64,000 nt of DNA from Geosiphon pyriformis uo1 (lineage: Eukaryota; Fungi; Glomeromycota), in NCBI GenBank assembly GCA_016748015.1, contig JAAOMT010000436.1, positions 176,703 through 240,702 of the forward strand. The letters are read 5' to 3'. Shown here one piece after another: positions 38,989 to 51,768 of the stretch. The translations under genes and the position numbers were made by a program. How positions within the stretch are numbered: the first letter of the stretch is position 1; the number at the start of each line of letters is the position of its first letter. A model generated the notes under the pieces. The model saw only the letters and a program-made list of their open reading frames with translations. It did not search any database and was not told the DNA's origin.

Positions 38989-39654
38989 ATGTCTGAACTT
39001 ACCGTGAAGCTATCATTCAGGTATATTTATCTTTTGATTTTTCAATGCGCTATTTTCTAACTGACCTTTTCCTTCAATTATTTTATTTTGATCTCATGAA
39101 ATTCGGGATCATGAAAATTTTATATGGGGTATGGGGTATACGATTTTAAAATATTTATAATGAACAAGTGGGGGAATGGAATTATTATTTAATAATATAA
39201 AAGAAATCACCGTAAATGTGCCAAAATCGATTAACGGCATATCTCCCCCAACCATGAAAGAATTGGTAAATCTTAATTTTTGATTAAAGGATCATTTAGA
39301 TCCTATTGATTGAAATTTTTTGTTTTTGTTTTTGTTTTCGTATTCTTTTTCTTTTTCTTATTTTCTAATCTTTTGCTTTTTCTTCCAATAAAAAATTCAA
39401 GATTTTATGGGTTCGCGATACTTTGTTAAAAGAACGTGCGGAATTGTTTGTTAGCGGCTCTACAGTGTCAGTAATTTTTATTTTGATATTTTTTTAAATT
39501 AACAAATTTTCTTACTTATCTCTGTTATTCATGAAGACGTCCCGGAATTCTTGTGCTTATCAACGATACCGACTGGGAATTGGAAGGGGAATTAAAGTAT
39601 GAGATTAAAAATGGTGATGATATTGTCTTTATTTCGACCCTGCATGGAGGTTAA
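38989..39654 (+). CDS. URM1: Ubiquitin-related modifier 1, 4 exons (not in ORF track)
   Basis: [11 protein letters not shown]|[18 protein letters not shown]|[22 protein letters not shown]|[38 protein letters not shown]. Confidence 0.96.
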
Positions 39655-40187
39655 GCGATGAGTTGCCAAATAGTGTTGAAGCGAAGAAGGGATTTATGAG
39701 AAATGTTATTCTGATTGGAAAATTGTTATGTTCTATTTCATATAACTCGAAATGTGTATTATCAAAGTGTTCAATTAAAGGAATCTGGACATGATTAAAT
39801 TTCATTTTTCTGAAACGAGATTGACCATTTTCAATCAAACCATATTGTGATATCTTGAAATTTGAGATATCAAAACGAATATTTCAGCCCCTTCGGATGT
39901 CATTGGAATAATGCCCATTCACAGGATCCCAACTGATATACTGTCAATTATTTTTGATTAAAGATCTATAAAAAGAAAATTTCTTAATTCAAAATAAAAG
40001 CTCATCTGTCAAATTCTAATTTAAAAAAATTATATTTTCGGATGATTAGTTCACAAGTTCATCAGATATCTTCAAAGATTTAGTTTTTATAGAATTTTTA
40101 TCATTAAAAATAACTTGGGAGAAACCTTATCCTAAATTTCCTTTTGTACATGCTAGGTGATTTTTTATAGAATCCGAATTTGCTTCT

Positions 40188-43175
40188 CTATAATTCTAAA
40201 GACCGACTTTCATCATACCACCATGTGTTCAGCGTACGATCATCACTACAACTAACAAACAAACTCTGCTTGGCATTCCAAATAGCATTATAAACCATTC
40301 CAGTGTGCCCTCTTAATTTCTGTAGCACTTCTCCCGTGTCTTGGTCCCAGATATATACAATTCCATCCTAAAAGAAAAAATTGGAATAAAAGATTCAACG
40401 CGAGCCAATTGTATTTAAATAATTTAGATAGAAGCTTAATATACCTCTGATCCACCAACAATTAAAGAATTGCTAGCGAAGCCAGCACGGATAAAGTTTT
40501 TAGAGGTATTCTGATGACCCTTTAGCCGCCGAATGGGGCGTACCTGAAATTATTCGTAAAATTAAGTCTGTAGTCACGAGTCAAATAAGAGTATAGTCAT
40601 TCATTGTTTAATTTAATCTACCATTCTCACATCCCACAATCGATTAGAATTGTCTTTTGAGCTGCTCAACAGCAGAGTGCCATTCGAATTCATTTCAACA
40701 GAGGTCACCTCACCCAAATGAGATGAAATAGTACGAATACAAAGTCCTGATACAATATCCCAAAATTTTATGGTGTTATCTTTTGACCTAAAAAGTATAT
40801 AAAGTCCTTATGAAAACTAAAATTGTTAAATTAGAAAGAATCAGATGCCAGCGTTCTTACCCACTAATAATCAGATTCCCTAAGGGATTAAATATTGTCT
40901 TTGAAACGGAAAGTTGATGTCCATTGAACATTTTAACCAATTGCCCAGTATTGACATCGTAAAGCCTTACAATCTTATCATAACCTCCGGCCACAATATG
41001 ATTCTTATTTAAATGGATTTAAACGGTTATAAAATGTGAACATACCCAGCCTAATTATCATAAGAAAGAATCTCGATAAAGCCACTTACATCACCAGGAT
41101 GGAATTTAACCGTGTAAACATCACCTGCGTGACCAGATAATGATGTTACGCATGTATGCTTGCTACTCTTCATATCCCATAACTACATCAGAAAATGTAA
41201 AAAAGGTTTGCCAAAATGATATCGAACCAATAGAAAAAGTAAAAAAATTTAAAACCTTAATCGTTCCATCACCACTAGCACTGGATACATAAGAGCCATT
41301 CTTATTCGAGGAAACATCCCAAATTCGTGACTCATGACCTTCTAGAATACCAATTTCTCGGGCACTTTCAGTATCCCATATTCTGAGAGTATTATCACTG
41401 AATTATAATATAAGGAGGATTAATACATAATTGATATAAAAAATTCCATAAAAAGAATTACCTTGAACCGCTAACTATCTCTCTTCCTTCCTGTCCCACA
41501 AATTCTACGCATTTAACATTTCCCCGATGACCAACTAAGGTAGCCCGTATAGCGTTGGGTATTATGAAGCTAGTATAATCTTGTAACAACCTGTTAATTG
41601 ACGAAATAATATATTTTAAAAAACTTTCTTATCAAATATAAAAAGAATTTGATAATAACTTACGTGTTCACTCTAGGCGCAACACGAGGGTGATATCGTG
41701 AAAATTCGATTTGGTAAGCAACAGCCTGTCTCAGCAAGGTGAGCAATCGATTCGGTGGCACGTAGACGGAACCTTCCCGGTTGAGAAATCATTGAAAATA
41801 TTGCTGCTGTTTCGGTAGACGTATTTGAAAAGTTCAAACGAACAACATTTGAGGTGTTAAAGGCGCGTATATATTGGCCGTACCATCCTTGTCAGCATTT
41901 TCGAAATTTAACAAATTTTGGAATTGTTCCACTAGTTTCTTCCTTTGTCCCGATTTTTTAAAAGAAATTTAGTTTAATAAAATCTAAGCAAAAAAAACCA
42001 AAGTCCTTGATTCGCGATCTACCTTGCAGGGCCAATCCCTTCCCAGTTTTTGAAAGAAGGTGCGTCATGGACAGCTTTAGCCGTCAATAAATAGCACAAA
42101 TCCTTGAATTCATTGGGAGTCATCTGAAGATGCTCAAGAGGTTTCAACCGTTTATTCAGGAAAGTAAATGCCTATGAATGCAAGACATAAGGCCTCTAAA
42201 ATAATTAATGATGGCAGATGATAAAAAAGATCGGTTTGAATTACCTTTTGCATTTCTTGATGTTCAATATACTCAAGGTATTGCTGTTTATAAACCGCAT
42301 ACAGAAAACTCTTTTGATTCTTCACCAAGGGTTTGGCACATAATTTATCCACTTCTGCCCAATCACCCTCTTTAAAATAATAAAGAATAATCGACAAAAA
42401 GAAAAGACCATCCGAACGGGCCAAAAATATATATTTTAATTGTCTTATAGATACCGATGATGCCCTTTTTTAGACGGTTAACTTCCGTAACGCGTTCTTC
42501 GCGTTCATGGCCTTTAAAGTTAGCTTCATCGTATAGTGTAGTCTTTGAGGAGGTATAGCCTTCGTCCGACAAATATTGTATAATCATACGAATTATATCC
42601 TATCAGGAAATAATTAACTGAGAAATCTGATAAGATAGTGTACAGGGACGAAGAGAAATTTTGATCATAAATCAACAAAAAAGAATTAGCCCACCTCGCG
42701 TATATTAGGATCCTCAGGATTAAAGATATCCTCTGTGGGACGTATGCAGCCAAGATGTGCGGCAACATGATGATTGCCGGTGGCTAAATTTACAAAGCTA
42801 ATAATGAAAAAATCAAGATTTCGTATTAATAAATAGTTTATTTTGTTTCTTTCTGCCCACTGTTGATAAAGTCAAACTAACCTTTTTCTTCGGTTTAACC
42901 TTGGATCTTCTAATTGTCCTTCCTGCTCTCTTTGCTTTTCAACTTCCACCAACACTTGGGGGAATTTATGGGTCAGACCCGCCAAAGAAGTTGAAGCTTG
43001 ACTTTCAATCTCGCCATGTTCAGACTTATGCTTTGGGGTTAAATTCGACTTGAAAATGGGATTGAATTAACCAAGAGTGAATAGTGGACTAAACTATAAC
43101 TGAATAAAGTGTAAAAACTAATACCTGACCCGATGCTGAAGCATTCTCGCTTTCTATGTCTGCCGTACTTGACAT
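40188..43175 (-). CDS. LisH/CTLH plus WD40 protein (WDR26/Gid7/SMU1-like architecture), many exons
   Basis: LisH IIRMIIQYLSDEGYTSS, CTLH RLKKGIIEGDWAEVDKL..FLYAVYKQQYLEYIE, VPPNRLLTLLRQAVAYQ and about 7 GH..WD repeats. Ends SCSDDRTLNTWWYDESRSLEL* at 40188. Confidence 0.85.
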
Positions 43176-43510
43176 TTTAATTTCTAGGGTTATGAAGGAA
43201 AGTATGAACTATTAAAACTACGATTTTATTGAATTTTTTTCATCACATGATCAAAAATGAATCAAAAACTACAAAATGAATCAGATGATGTTTCATTCTC
43301 ATATAACACTAGAAATCAACCAATTTAAGCAAGTTTTATGAATGATTACATTTGTTCAAATGTAATCACAGCGGAAATCTTTGGGATTAACCTGAAAAAA
43401 AGTGCCGCTGATTGAAATCCTATACCTTAGACGGAGTTAGACTTTTAATAAAGAAATAAGACAAAAAAAGAAAGAAAGCAGCATAGGACGAAAAGAATAA
43501 ACTAATTCAA

Positions 43511-46140
43511 TTAACAACCCCAGCCACCTTCGTCTTCTGGCTCATTGCCTTCCCAATCAGTCACTTCATCCTCTTGCGACTCTGACTCTTCATCCTCTTG
43601 CCATCCTGACTCTTCGTGCTCATATTCATTTTCATCTTTTCCTTTTGATGAATTTAAATCATGAACTGATGATCGGGAGTTGGCTTGATTATCAAGTTCG
43701 TCATATTTATCGTTCTCGACCACCTCCCCATCAGGCTCTTCATAGTCGTCATCCACTGCTGCTGTTGCTTTCCAAATGAGAGCTGGATCATTCAACCTAT
43801 GCTTAACTTTTTTTTTCATTATTTCAACATGCAATTCTTGATTATCAAGGTTAGGTTTCGATTCTCGTGATATTGAAAGTGTCTCCTCAACAGTCTTGCA
43901 CTGAAATTTTGAAAATGGGAAACAAAAAAGAGTCGACCTTTAATTTTCAAAAGAATTGGTACAGTATGATTTTGCAAAAAGAAAATTACCTCCACCCAAT
44001 ATACTTCTGACTCGGTTTCAGATACTTCAGAATCAGAAACCACAAACTCTCTATTTAGATTTGGGGAATTATCCGACACTACAAATATCTCATCGTCACA
44101 TATTTCAAAGAGTTCTTTTTCACTCGAGGTATCATCAGATATTGAGACAATTTCTTTGTCATCGATCGAATTTTCAAGAATATCACTTTCTGGCTTTTCA
44201 AATATACTGGTAGTAACACTTTCTATAGTACCCGTTTCAGCATCTTTGGAAAATAATCTCTCCTTAGCCTCTGTTTCAGATATGACAATAACTTCCGAGT
44301 CGGAACCAGTAAAAAAACCCGGTGACAATGATTCTGGAGTTTCAGGGGAATATTTTCGCTTATAAGGCAAAATTTTATCGGGAAGTTCGGAACTTTCAGA
44401 ATATTTTCTTTTTACATTAAATTTAGATATGCTAGGGGAATTTTTGGGACTAAATCCGGATGGAATCAAAATGATTGGACTCTCGGAAGGTGATGAATCG
44501 CCTTCTGCAAACTCAGCGAAAGGAATATGCTTTCGCAAAGGTTTTGGGAAGTTGTCGGCGGCCAAGTCTTTAGATTTATCAACCAACGAAATATTGGAAG
44601 GAGGCAAGTTCGAGGTATGATCACTTAAAAACTGCGGCTCAGGAATGGGTTGACTCACATTTAATTGAGAATTTTGTGGATTATATCTATTATTAAACGA
44701 AGTGGTAGAAGCCAGTTCTTTAGTATTGTAAGGGAGATCTTTCTTCCCACATTGTAAGTTTAAGGTAGTTGAAGTAGAAGAACCTAGGCCAGAAGGCTCT
44801 TTATGAAAAATCGTATTATTGGAACCAATGGTATTTAGAGGGGAGGAGGGAACGTTTTTAGGTTTATAGCCTATATTATTTTTATCACAAACGGGTGAAA
44901 TCGAGGTCGTAGGGTTTAAATCATATGGATAATGATTATCTTGATTGCTTTGAAAAGTCGCTTTATTGGACAAGACATCTTTGGAAGGGGGATTGATCGA
45001 GGCCACAGTTTGAGTATAATTTTGACTAGGTGTGCTCGACGTATAATCATAGTCTAGTCGGAACTCTTTTTGATAGAACTGTCCATTCGGATACGATTGA
45101 TAATTTTTATCACTATAGCTCATACTATCAATGGTTGAATTCATTAAAGTCTGGTTTCCAACAGTAACATCTTTGTTGTTGCTGCTGCTGCTATGATTTA
45201 GCGAGTTTGAGGTAAGCTGTCGTTCTATTCCCAAGTTAAAGTTATAATATTGTTTTTCAGAATATGAATTATATATGCCTCTTTGCGAAGGAATATTTAA
45301 AATTGAATCGCGATTTGCAGAATCATTCAATATATTGTTGTTGCCAGTGGGTCTTGAGTTAGAATGAACCGCTGATCCAAAGTCCTGGGAAGAAGATTTT
45401 TCATTCGAATAAGCTTCATATTGATCATTAACACTGGACAAAGCCCCTTGATTGGACCTTATACTGTTCGAACCCTGGCTTACCACAGGATTTAATATGT
45501 TGCTATTATGAACAGGCAGGCTCGAGCTATCATGCTCCAAATAGTACCCTTGGTTAGTAATTTGCGGGTTATAATGACGAAAGGCTAACCCTTGATTAAA
45601 TTCTGCTGTTGCTTGTTTTGTAGTATTCTCAAGTATCAAGTTATTGTTGAGAACGGGCGTATACTGTGGTATTAAATTCTGGCAAAAGAAATTGGTAAAA
45701 CCTTCTTGATTTGCGGGATTTGAAAGCCTTCTGGTAGCATTTGTGTTAATGTCGTTAAAAGGCATGTTCCTTATTGGATATACTATTCCTGGTTGTTGAT
45801 GCAAGGAATTATTTATTGGAAGGGAAGATATGGCAGTTTGGTCACGTCGAAAATTGTTAACTATAGCAAGGGATTGGGGTTGAATCTGTGGTGGAGTCCT
45901 CAGGAACTGTTGCGCAAGCGCGTTTGAGGCTTCCTTAGCTTTCCTAGTCGTTTCTTCAATCTGCAACCATTTGTCAAAGTCTTGGTCTCCATTAAAGGCA
46001 TTAGCTTGTAAAGGCATTGTACCCAGATTAAAAACGTTGTTAAAAGAGGAATTAGAGGCGTAATTGTTAATAATCGTCTTTGGAGCAGCTTCGTTTTGAT
46101 TATTTTGAAGTTTAAATTTTTTGCGGGGTTGAGAACACAT
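43511..46140 (-). CDS. Large N/S/Q-rich low-complexity protein with acidic C-terminus, unknown function (2 exons)
   Basis: A long ORF joins the 43511-43834 frame through GT-AG intron 43989-43901. NLS-like PRKKFK, KRKYS twice, SIM-like VIVISE/IVSISDD/IFVVSD. Confidence 0.75.
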
Positions 46141-46486
46141 TGAAGAAAAAGTGATACAGATTAAAGGACATTACAATCCCGTGAAGATTTCGCGTGGTTA
46201 TTAAAAATTATGGAGGAACAAGACATAACTTTCCCTTCTGTCATTGGACGAAAATACCGCGAATTGTTTCGGGCTCGATCGAACCCCAAAAATGGGAATC
46301 TTACAAAGGGTAAAAAACATAGACGTAGTGACTATTTAAAAGAAAGCTACCAATAAGCAAAGCGGATGTGAAAGCTAAAAAATCCCCGATCATCGATCGA
46401 CATGTAGAATGCTAAAAGAGGATAAATGATAAGAGTGATCCTCTTCGTTGATCTAGTTAAGTCTTTACATCAACAATTTGGTAACA

Positions 46487-47145
46487 ATGTCTGAAACTGA
46501 AGGGTAAGTAAAAAGAAATCTTTACAAGTTTACCTTTATCCTTCTCCCTTGCTCGCTCTGAGTCGATTTTTCTGCACAATCACGTTCATTTGTTGATAAT
46601 TTCACCGACTCCTACCGCTTTTTTGACAAAAATGTAGAGAACAACAAACGTTAGTCCTTAAGACTGGTAAGAAATTATTGACTAAATTTTGTCGTTTAAT
46701 TATTTCAAAGCCCATATAATCATCTCGTTTTTTCCCTTTCAATCCGATAAAAGTCGGCTTTGATGCCCGTTTTCCAAATACCAACCAAACGAAACATTGC
46801 TGGCAAAACTATATCGATTATTACAAATGTATTAATGCGCGTGGTGAAGACTTTCCCCCGTGCAAGCAATTTTTTTCAGCCTTTCACAGTTTGTGCCCGA
46901 ACGATTATGTAAGTAAAGAGTTTGATGAAAGGAAAATCGTGATGGTTTTGGTAATTTACGATCTGAACTTGGATCTTGAGGCCAAGCATGGGAAATTGAC
47001 CTTTTGATGGTAGCAATGGAAGAAAATTCTAAAATTTTGGACATATTTAAAAATATCAATTATTTTTAACGTTTTCTATCAATCATAGATCGAAAAATGG
47101 GATAATCAACGTGAAATGGGTACTTTCCCGGTGAAATTGACCTAA
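46487..47145 (+). CDS. COX12: Cytochrome c oxidase subunit VIb, 4 exons (not in ORF track)
   Basis: MSETEG|EQQTLVLKT|VGFDARFPNTNQTKHCWQNYIDYYKCINARGEDFPPCKQFFSAFHSLCPNDY|IEKWDNQREMGTFPVKLT*. Confidence 0.96.
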
Positions 47146-47439
47146 AAGTTGGGTACCAAGATTATGAGTTTTTTACATGACCTACCCAGAAGTATGGTTA
47201 CCAGAGGAAATGTCGATATAATTGTGATTTTATTGCGCCGACGTATACAAAAATATTTCCAATTTTATCTATCTTAGCTGTTTGCTAAAGGTCTTCATAA
47301 TTTTTAGGTTTTAGATGCCTTAAACGATTGTTAGTTGTCATCAAAAGGATCTGAGAAATCTAAAATTGTGAATGAAATTTTTGGGGTTAATTTAATAAGA
47401 GTTCATTGTAAGCCTTTTATTATGTGAGAATTAATTTCT

Positions 47440-50400
47440 TTGGATTTTTAATCATGAAAGTTAATAGTAATAATTAAATCAATTATTCTATTTAATTGCA
47501 ATTAATTACAAAGAAATATATATATTTGCAATTATTATTAATTATAATGTTTTTCAATTTGGGAAAACATAATTAAAAATGTATTAAACTTTTTTAATTA
47601 TGTGTTTATATGGTTTTTTATTGTTTTAAAACTTTAATTTTTTTGATAAAATATGCAAGTTTTTAAAAATAACAATTTGCTTAAATTAATTTATAAAATT
47701 AAAATACTTAATATTAAATTTTAATTAATAACAATATTATACTTAAGAGCAAATGTTCAAAACACTTACACTTTTTACAACAAATTAAGCCTAATTTAGC
47801 CCAAAAAAGTTTTATACTATTAAAAATTGTCTTTATACAAAAAACCAACTTCAAATTATTATATAACTTAAACTTAATTACAGTACAATAAATTTTATTG
47901 TTAGTTTCAAATAAATAATTGATTATATACATTTTTTTATTAATATTTTTCAATAAAAAACCAAGATTATAAGTAGTTGTTTTTACAAACAAAATAAATA
48001 AAAATGCTTTAAACATTCAAATATTATAATTTTTCATAGCTTTAATCATATGTACTGAATTTTTTCTAATTAAGAATGATTATTTAGATGCCAAAAAATC
48101 AGCTTAATTTAATTTAGAAAATTCGACCACAGCTTTTTGTTATAGTTTAATTAATTACAATTATATTAATACTATTTGACTATATTTAGTTACTGTAATA
48201 ATAATCATATTTTTTGGCATATTTATAAGAATTTTTTTGATGATTACAGCTTAATTCGAGTAAAATTTTTGTTTTTTAAGATTACTATTTATGATAATAT
48301 CATTTTTTTTAGCCAATAATACAGTCTTTTTCATGTTTTTTTTTGAAATAAATATAAATTTAATAATTTCTTTGAATTTCAAGAGAGTAATAGTCTTTTT
48401 AAAACCATTTACTTTTAAAAAAAAATTTTAACAACCTGTATTTTTGTCATTACAGATTTTTTTTTAATTATTAAGAGATTAATATTTAAAGTAAAAAAAT
48501 TTTTAATAAGAATTTTTACTTAAGTTATTACAATTTTGGAATCAATTTATTTTCTGTTTAAAAAAATATTAAAAGAAAATAGAAAAAGTTCACTATTTTT
48601 TTTATGTTAAAACTAAAAAAGCCAAGAAAAAAACTACAATTCAAATTAATATTTATTTTTTTGGCTTTAAAAAAAATCTATTATTAATACCAACTAAAAT
48701 ACTACTGCTATTACTATTATTAAACTTACTATTTATATTCAAATAAATATTACTGCCAAAATTAGATTTAACCAAAAAAATTTTTTTTATTAGATATTGT
48801 TAAAATAAATTCTTTTTTTTTGAAAAAAAAAATTATTAATAAGACTATAAAAAACTCTTTTGAATATCTTTTTTTTAAATATACTATTGCTTAAAACAGT
48901 TATTAAGTTTATTATAAATGATGTTACTAAAGATTTTTAGTTTTTTTTTTTGAATATTGTTAATATTATTTTGCTGTAAATTTATTATTACTAAAAACTA
49001 TTGAATCTTTAATAATTGAATTTATTTTTAAATTATTTCTTATAATTTGAATTACTGTACTTATAAGTAAAATAGCCAATTTTATGCCAATTACTTATAT
49101 AGTTACTTTACAATAAAAGTCAACTTTTTTTCAGAAATTGCTTATCTGGAAGCTTATTAAAAAATATGTAGTTATTTTATTATAAAAGTCAACTTTTTTA
49201 TAGAAATTTATTTGTAAACTATTCTAATATATATAATAAAAAATATAAAAAATATATAAAAAAAAATTTTATTAAAGAAATTATTTTCTGTTCAGATTTA
49301 GATTTACTAATAAATTACTGAAATTAATAGCTAATCAATTTCAAAATATTTATTAAGATTTGGAAATTTCAAATGTAATAATTTAAGAAATTTGTTTTAT
49401 TAATTTTATATATGTAAAAATAATTTTAAATAAGATAATTCTAAGTAAGATAAGATACATTTTTTCGAAAAAAAAAGCTCTTTTTTTATACAATTTATTA
49501 TAATACTAGTTTTTAAACTTGCACTTTCTTTTTTGTTAGTATTTTAATAAATTAATAATATATTTTAATAAACTACAAGTTGTTTTTATAAACTATAAAT
49601 TATTTTAGTAAATTATTAAATTATTTCATAAAATTTTACAATTTTTGGTAAATTCTTAACTATTATAGAATTTAGAGTATTGTATAATCTAATCATTATA
49701 TTTGTGTATTATATAAATTAGATTATTAATTAAATAGTAATATTTGATAATTTAATTAAATAATAAGTAATAATTAAAATAATAATAATAATGTATGTTA
49801 ATTGATAATAAAAATTAGAAAAGTAATTTTATGTTAATTAATTAAAATTCTATTAATAAGAATATATTATTATAATTTTTGTTATTAAATTTTTAATTGG
49901 TTTTTAATTGACTTTTTTAGAATATAAACTGACTAAATTAATTGTATTAGTTAAATTTATTATTAAATTTATTAGTTTTATAATTGTTTTAATTACAAAG
50001 TTGTAAATACTCTTATTTTTTTAAATATTAAAATAAAAAAAGAATTTTTATAATTAAATTATATATTTATTAAAACATAATAATAAAAATTTAATATTGT
50101 TTTTAATAATTAACTTAATATTAATAAAACTATATAGTAATTAAAATACAGTTTTAATATAAATTATTTTAATTATTAAAAAAACATTAAATATTAAAGT
50201 AAAAATTATTTATTTAAAATTTTTTAACAACCAATAATAATTTTTAAATATTATTAAAATTAAGAATATTTTCAAAAAAAAAAGATTTTTATGTTATAAT
50301 TTAATTTTTAAATTTAAATAATATTATAATATAATTAAATAAAATTATATATTGAAATATAATTTGTTTTATTTTTACAATTAGTAATAATATTTTAAAA

Positions 50401-51010
50401 ATAATTGTGTGTTAATAATACAATTATATGTTAATTTGTATTTATTTTAATAAAAATAGTATTTTTATTATTGTTTAAATTAAAAAAAAAACAAAATTAG
50501 TAAAATATTAAAAAAAAAATTCGAAATCTTATTTTTTAAAAAAGAAAAAATTAAAATAAAATTTTAATTTAAAAAAAACTATTTTTTGGAATCTTGTAAT
50601 AATAAAATAAAAAAAATTGGTTTAACTTTTTTAATTATTTAAATAATAGTAAAAAAAATAATCATAGAAAACAATAACTTTATTACTTTTAGTTAAAAAC
50701 AAAAAAAAATGCTTTTAAAACAACCAAGTTTTAGAAATATTTAAGAAATATGTTTTTATAATGTTCTATTTAACTGTTTTTACAACTAAAAAAACTTTGT
50801 AAGTAGTAACATTTTTAAAAACTATAAAAAAAATAATATTTGCTTTTTTATTTTTTGTTTTAATTGTGATTATTCAAATTAGAAGAGAAAAAAGTATATA
50901 TATATATTTATATTATATTTATTTATTTATTTACATTTTTAATTTTTAATATTATCAAAAATATTTTTAACAACAGTAATAAAATTAATCAATCCACAAA
51001 AAATTGCCTA
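47440..51010. repeat. 3.6-kb AT-rich composite transposon graveyard
   Basis: Roughly 85-90% AT by eye. Contains the ORF1 relic, a direct repeat ATAAAAGTCAACTTTTT (~49113 and ~49183) and a copy of the dispersed relic (~50570-50880). Confidence 0.7.
47700..48960 (-). mobile_element. Hypermutated relic of a LINE ORF1 (gag-like, CCHC knuckle)
   Basis: Minus-strand reading retains CKKCKCFEH (C-x2-C-x4-H knuckle remnant) after KLFWAKLGLI, and an N-terminus-like IFKKKIFKRVFYSLINNFFFQKKR near 48882-48810. Residues are almost all F/I/K/N/L/Y, as expected after C>T/G>A saturation. Family assignment is from memory of Glomeromycotina LINE ORF1. Confidence 0.6.
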
Positions 51011-51768
51011 TTTGCTTCAAAATGCGTATGAAAATTGGATAATAAATAACTTCCACTTTTGTTGAAATGTTGGTTCGAGGTTTAACTTATGAAAATTGCC
51101 AAATGCTCTTGGTAAATTGAAAATTATTGGAAAAACAAAATAATTATTAAGGATAGGGATTTTGTTCCAAAGTTTGAACTTTATATCTTTAGCCTCCCAT
51201 TTTTTATGAAATAAACATGTGTCAAATTGCTCTTTTCCTATTGTGTATTTATTTCCTTCGAATATCTTATTAAAATTAAACATTACAAGAGAGCAAATTA
51301 ACCAGATTAGACACATAAATTAATAATACCCGCATCTTGTAAATAGAAACCTATTTAGATCTACTTGATCCTTGTCAGTAAAGATTAGACCCGAATGGAC
51401 AAGATTTTCTTCATTTAAAGTTTAAAACAAAGAACCAAAAAGTCCAAGTTGTTTTCACGGTGTACATTTGAGATTGTAGCACCTGGGCATCTTCTATAGT
51501 TAGAAATTTGATAGAGGTTTTAAATGGAATAATCAATTATTCTTTGTTTCGCGACTGCGGAACTTTTTCTTGAATTTTTACGTGTAATAAACCTGTTTTT
51601 TAATTAATACTTTTATTGATGATATAAAACTTTTTGGATGGGAGAATGTCTTGCCGACTTGAAAATCTTTGTGAACAATGGTTTTTATTATGAAACCTAT
51701 CTAATAATCTCATAATCATTTAAATTGGAATTGAATCAACAGCCATCATCCCATTCATCATCGACATC

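Noticed and set aside
46255-46300. tRNA-like GGTTCGATC on the minus strand
   Set aside because: No T-stem pairing, acceptor stem or D-arm. It lies in a divergent promoter.
47714-48016. 100-aa ORF as a real gene
   Set aside because: F/I/K/N/L/Y-dominated composition inside an AT island. Better explained as an eroded TE frame.
47440-51010. AT-rich islands as NUMT, endobacterial or cyanobacterial insertion
   Set aside because: No rRNA, tRNA or intact bacterial or mitochondrial ORFs seen. Recognisable remnants are TE-like.
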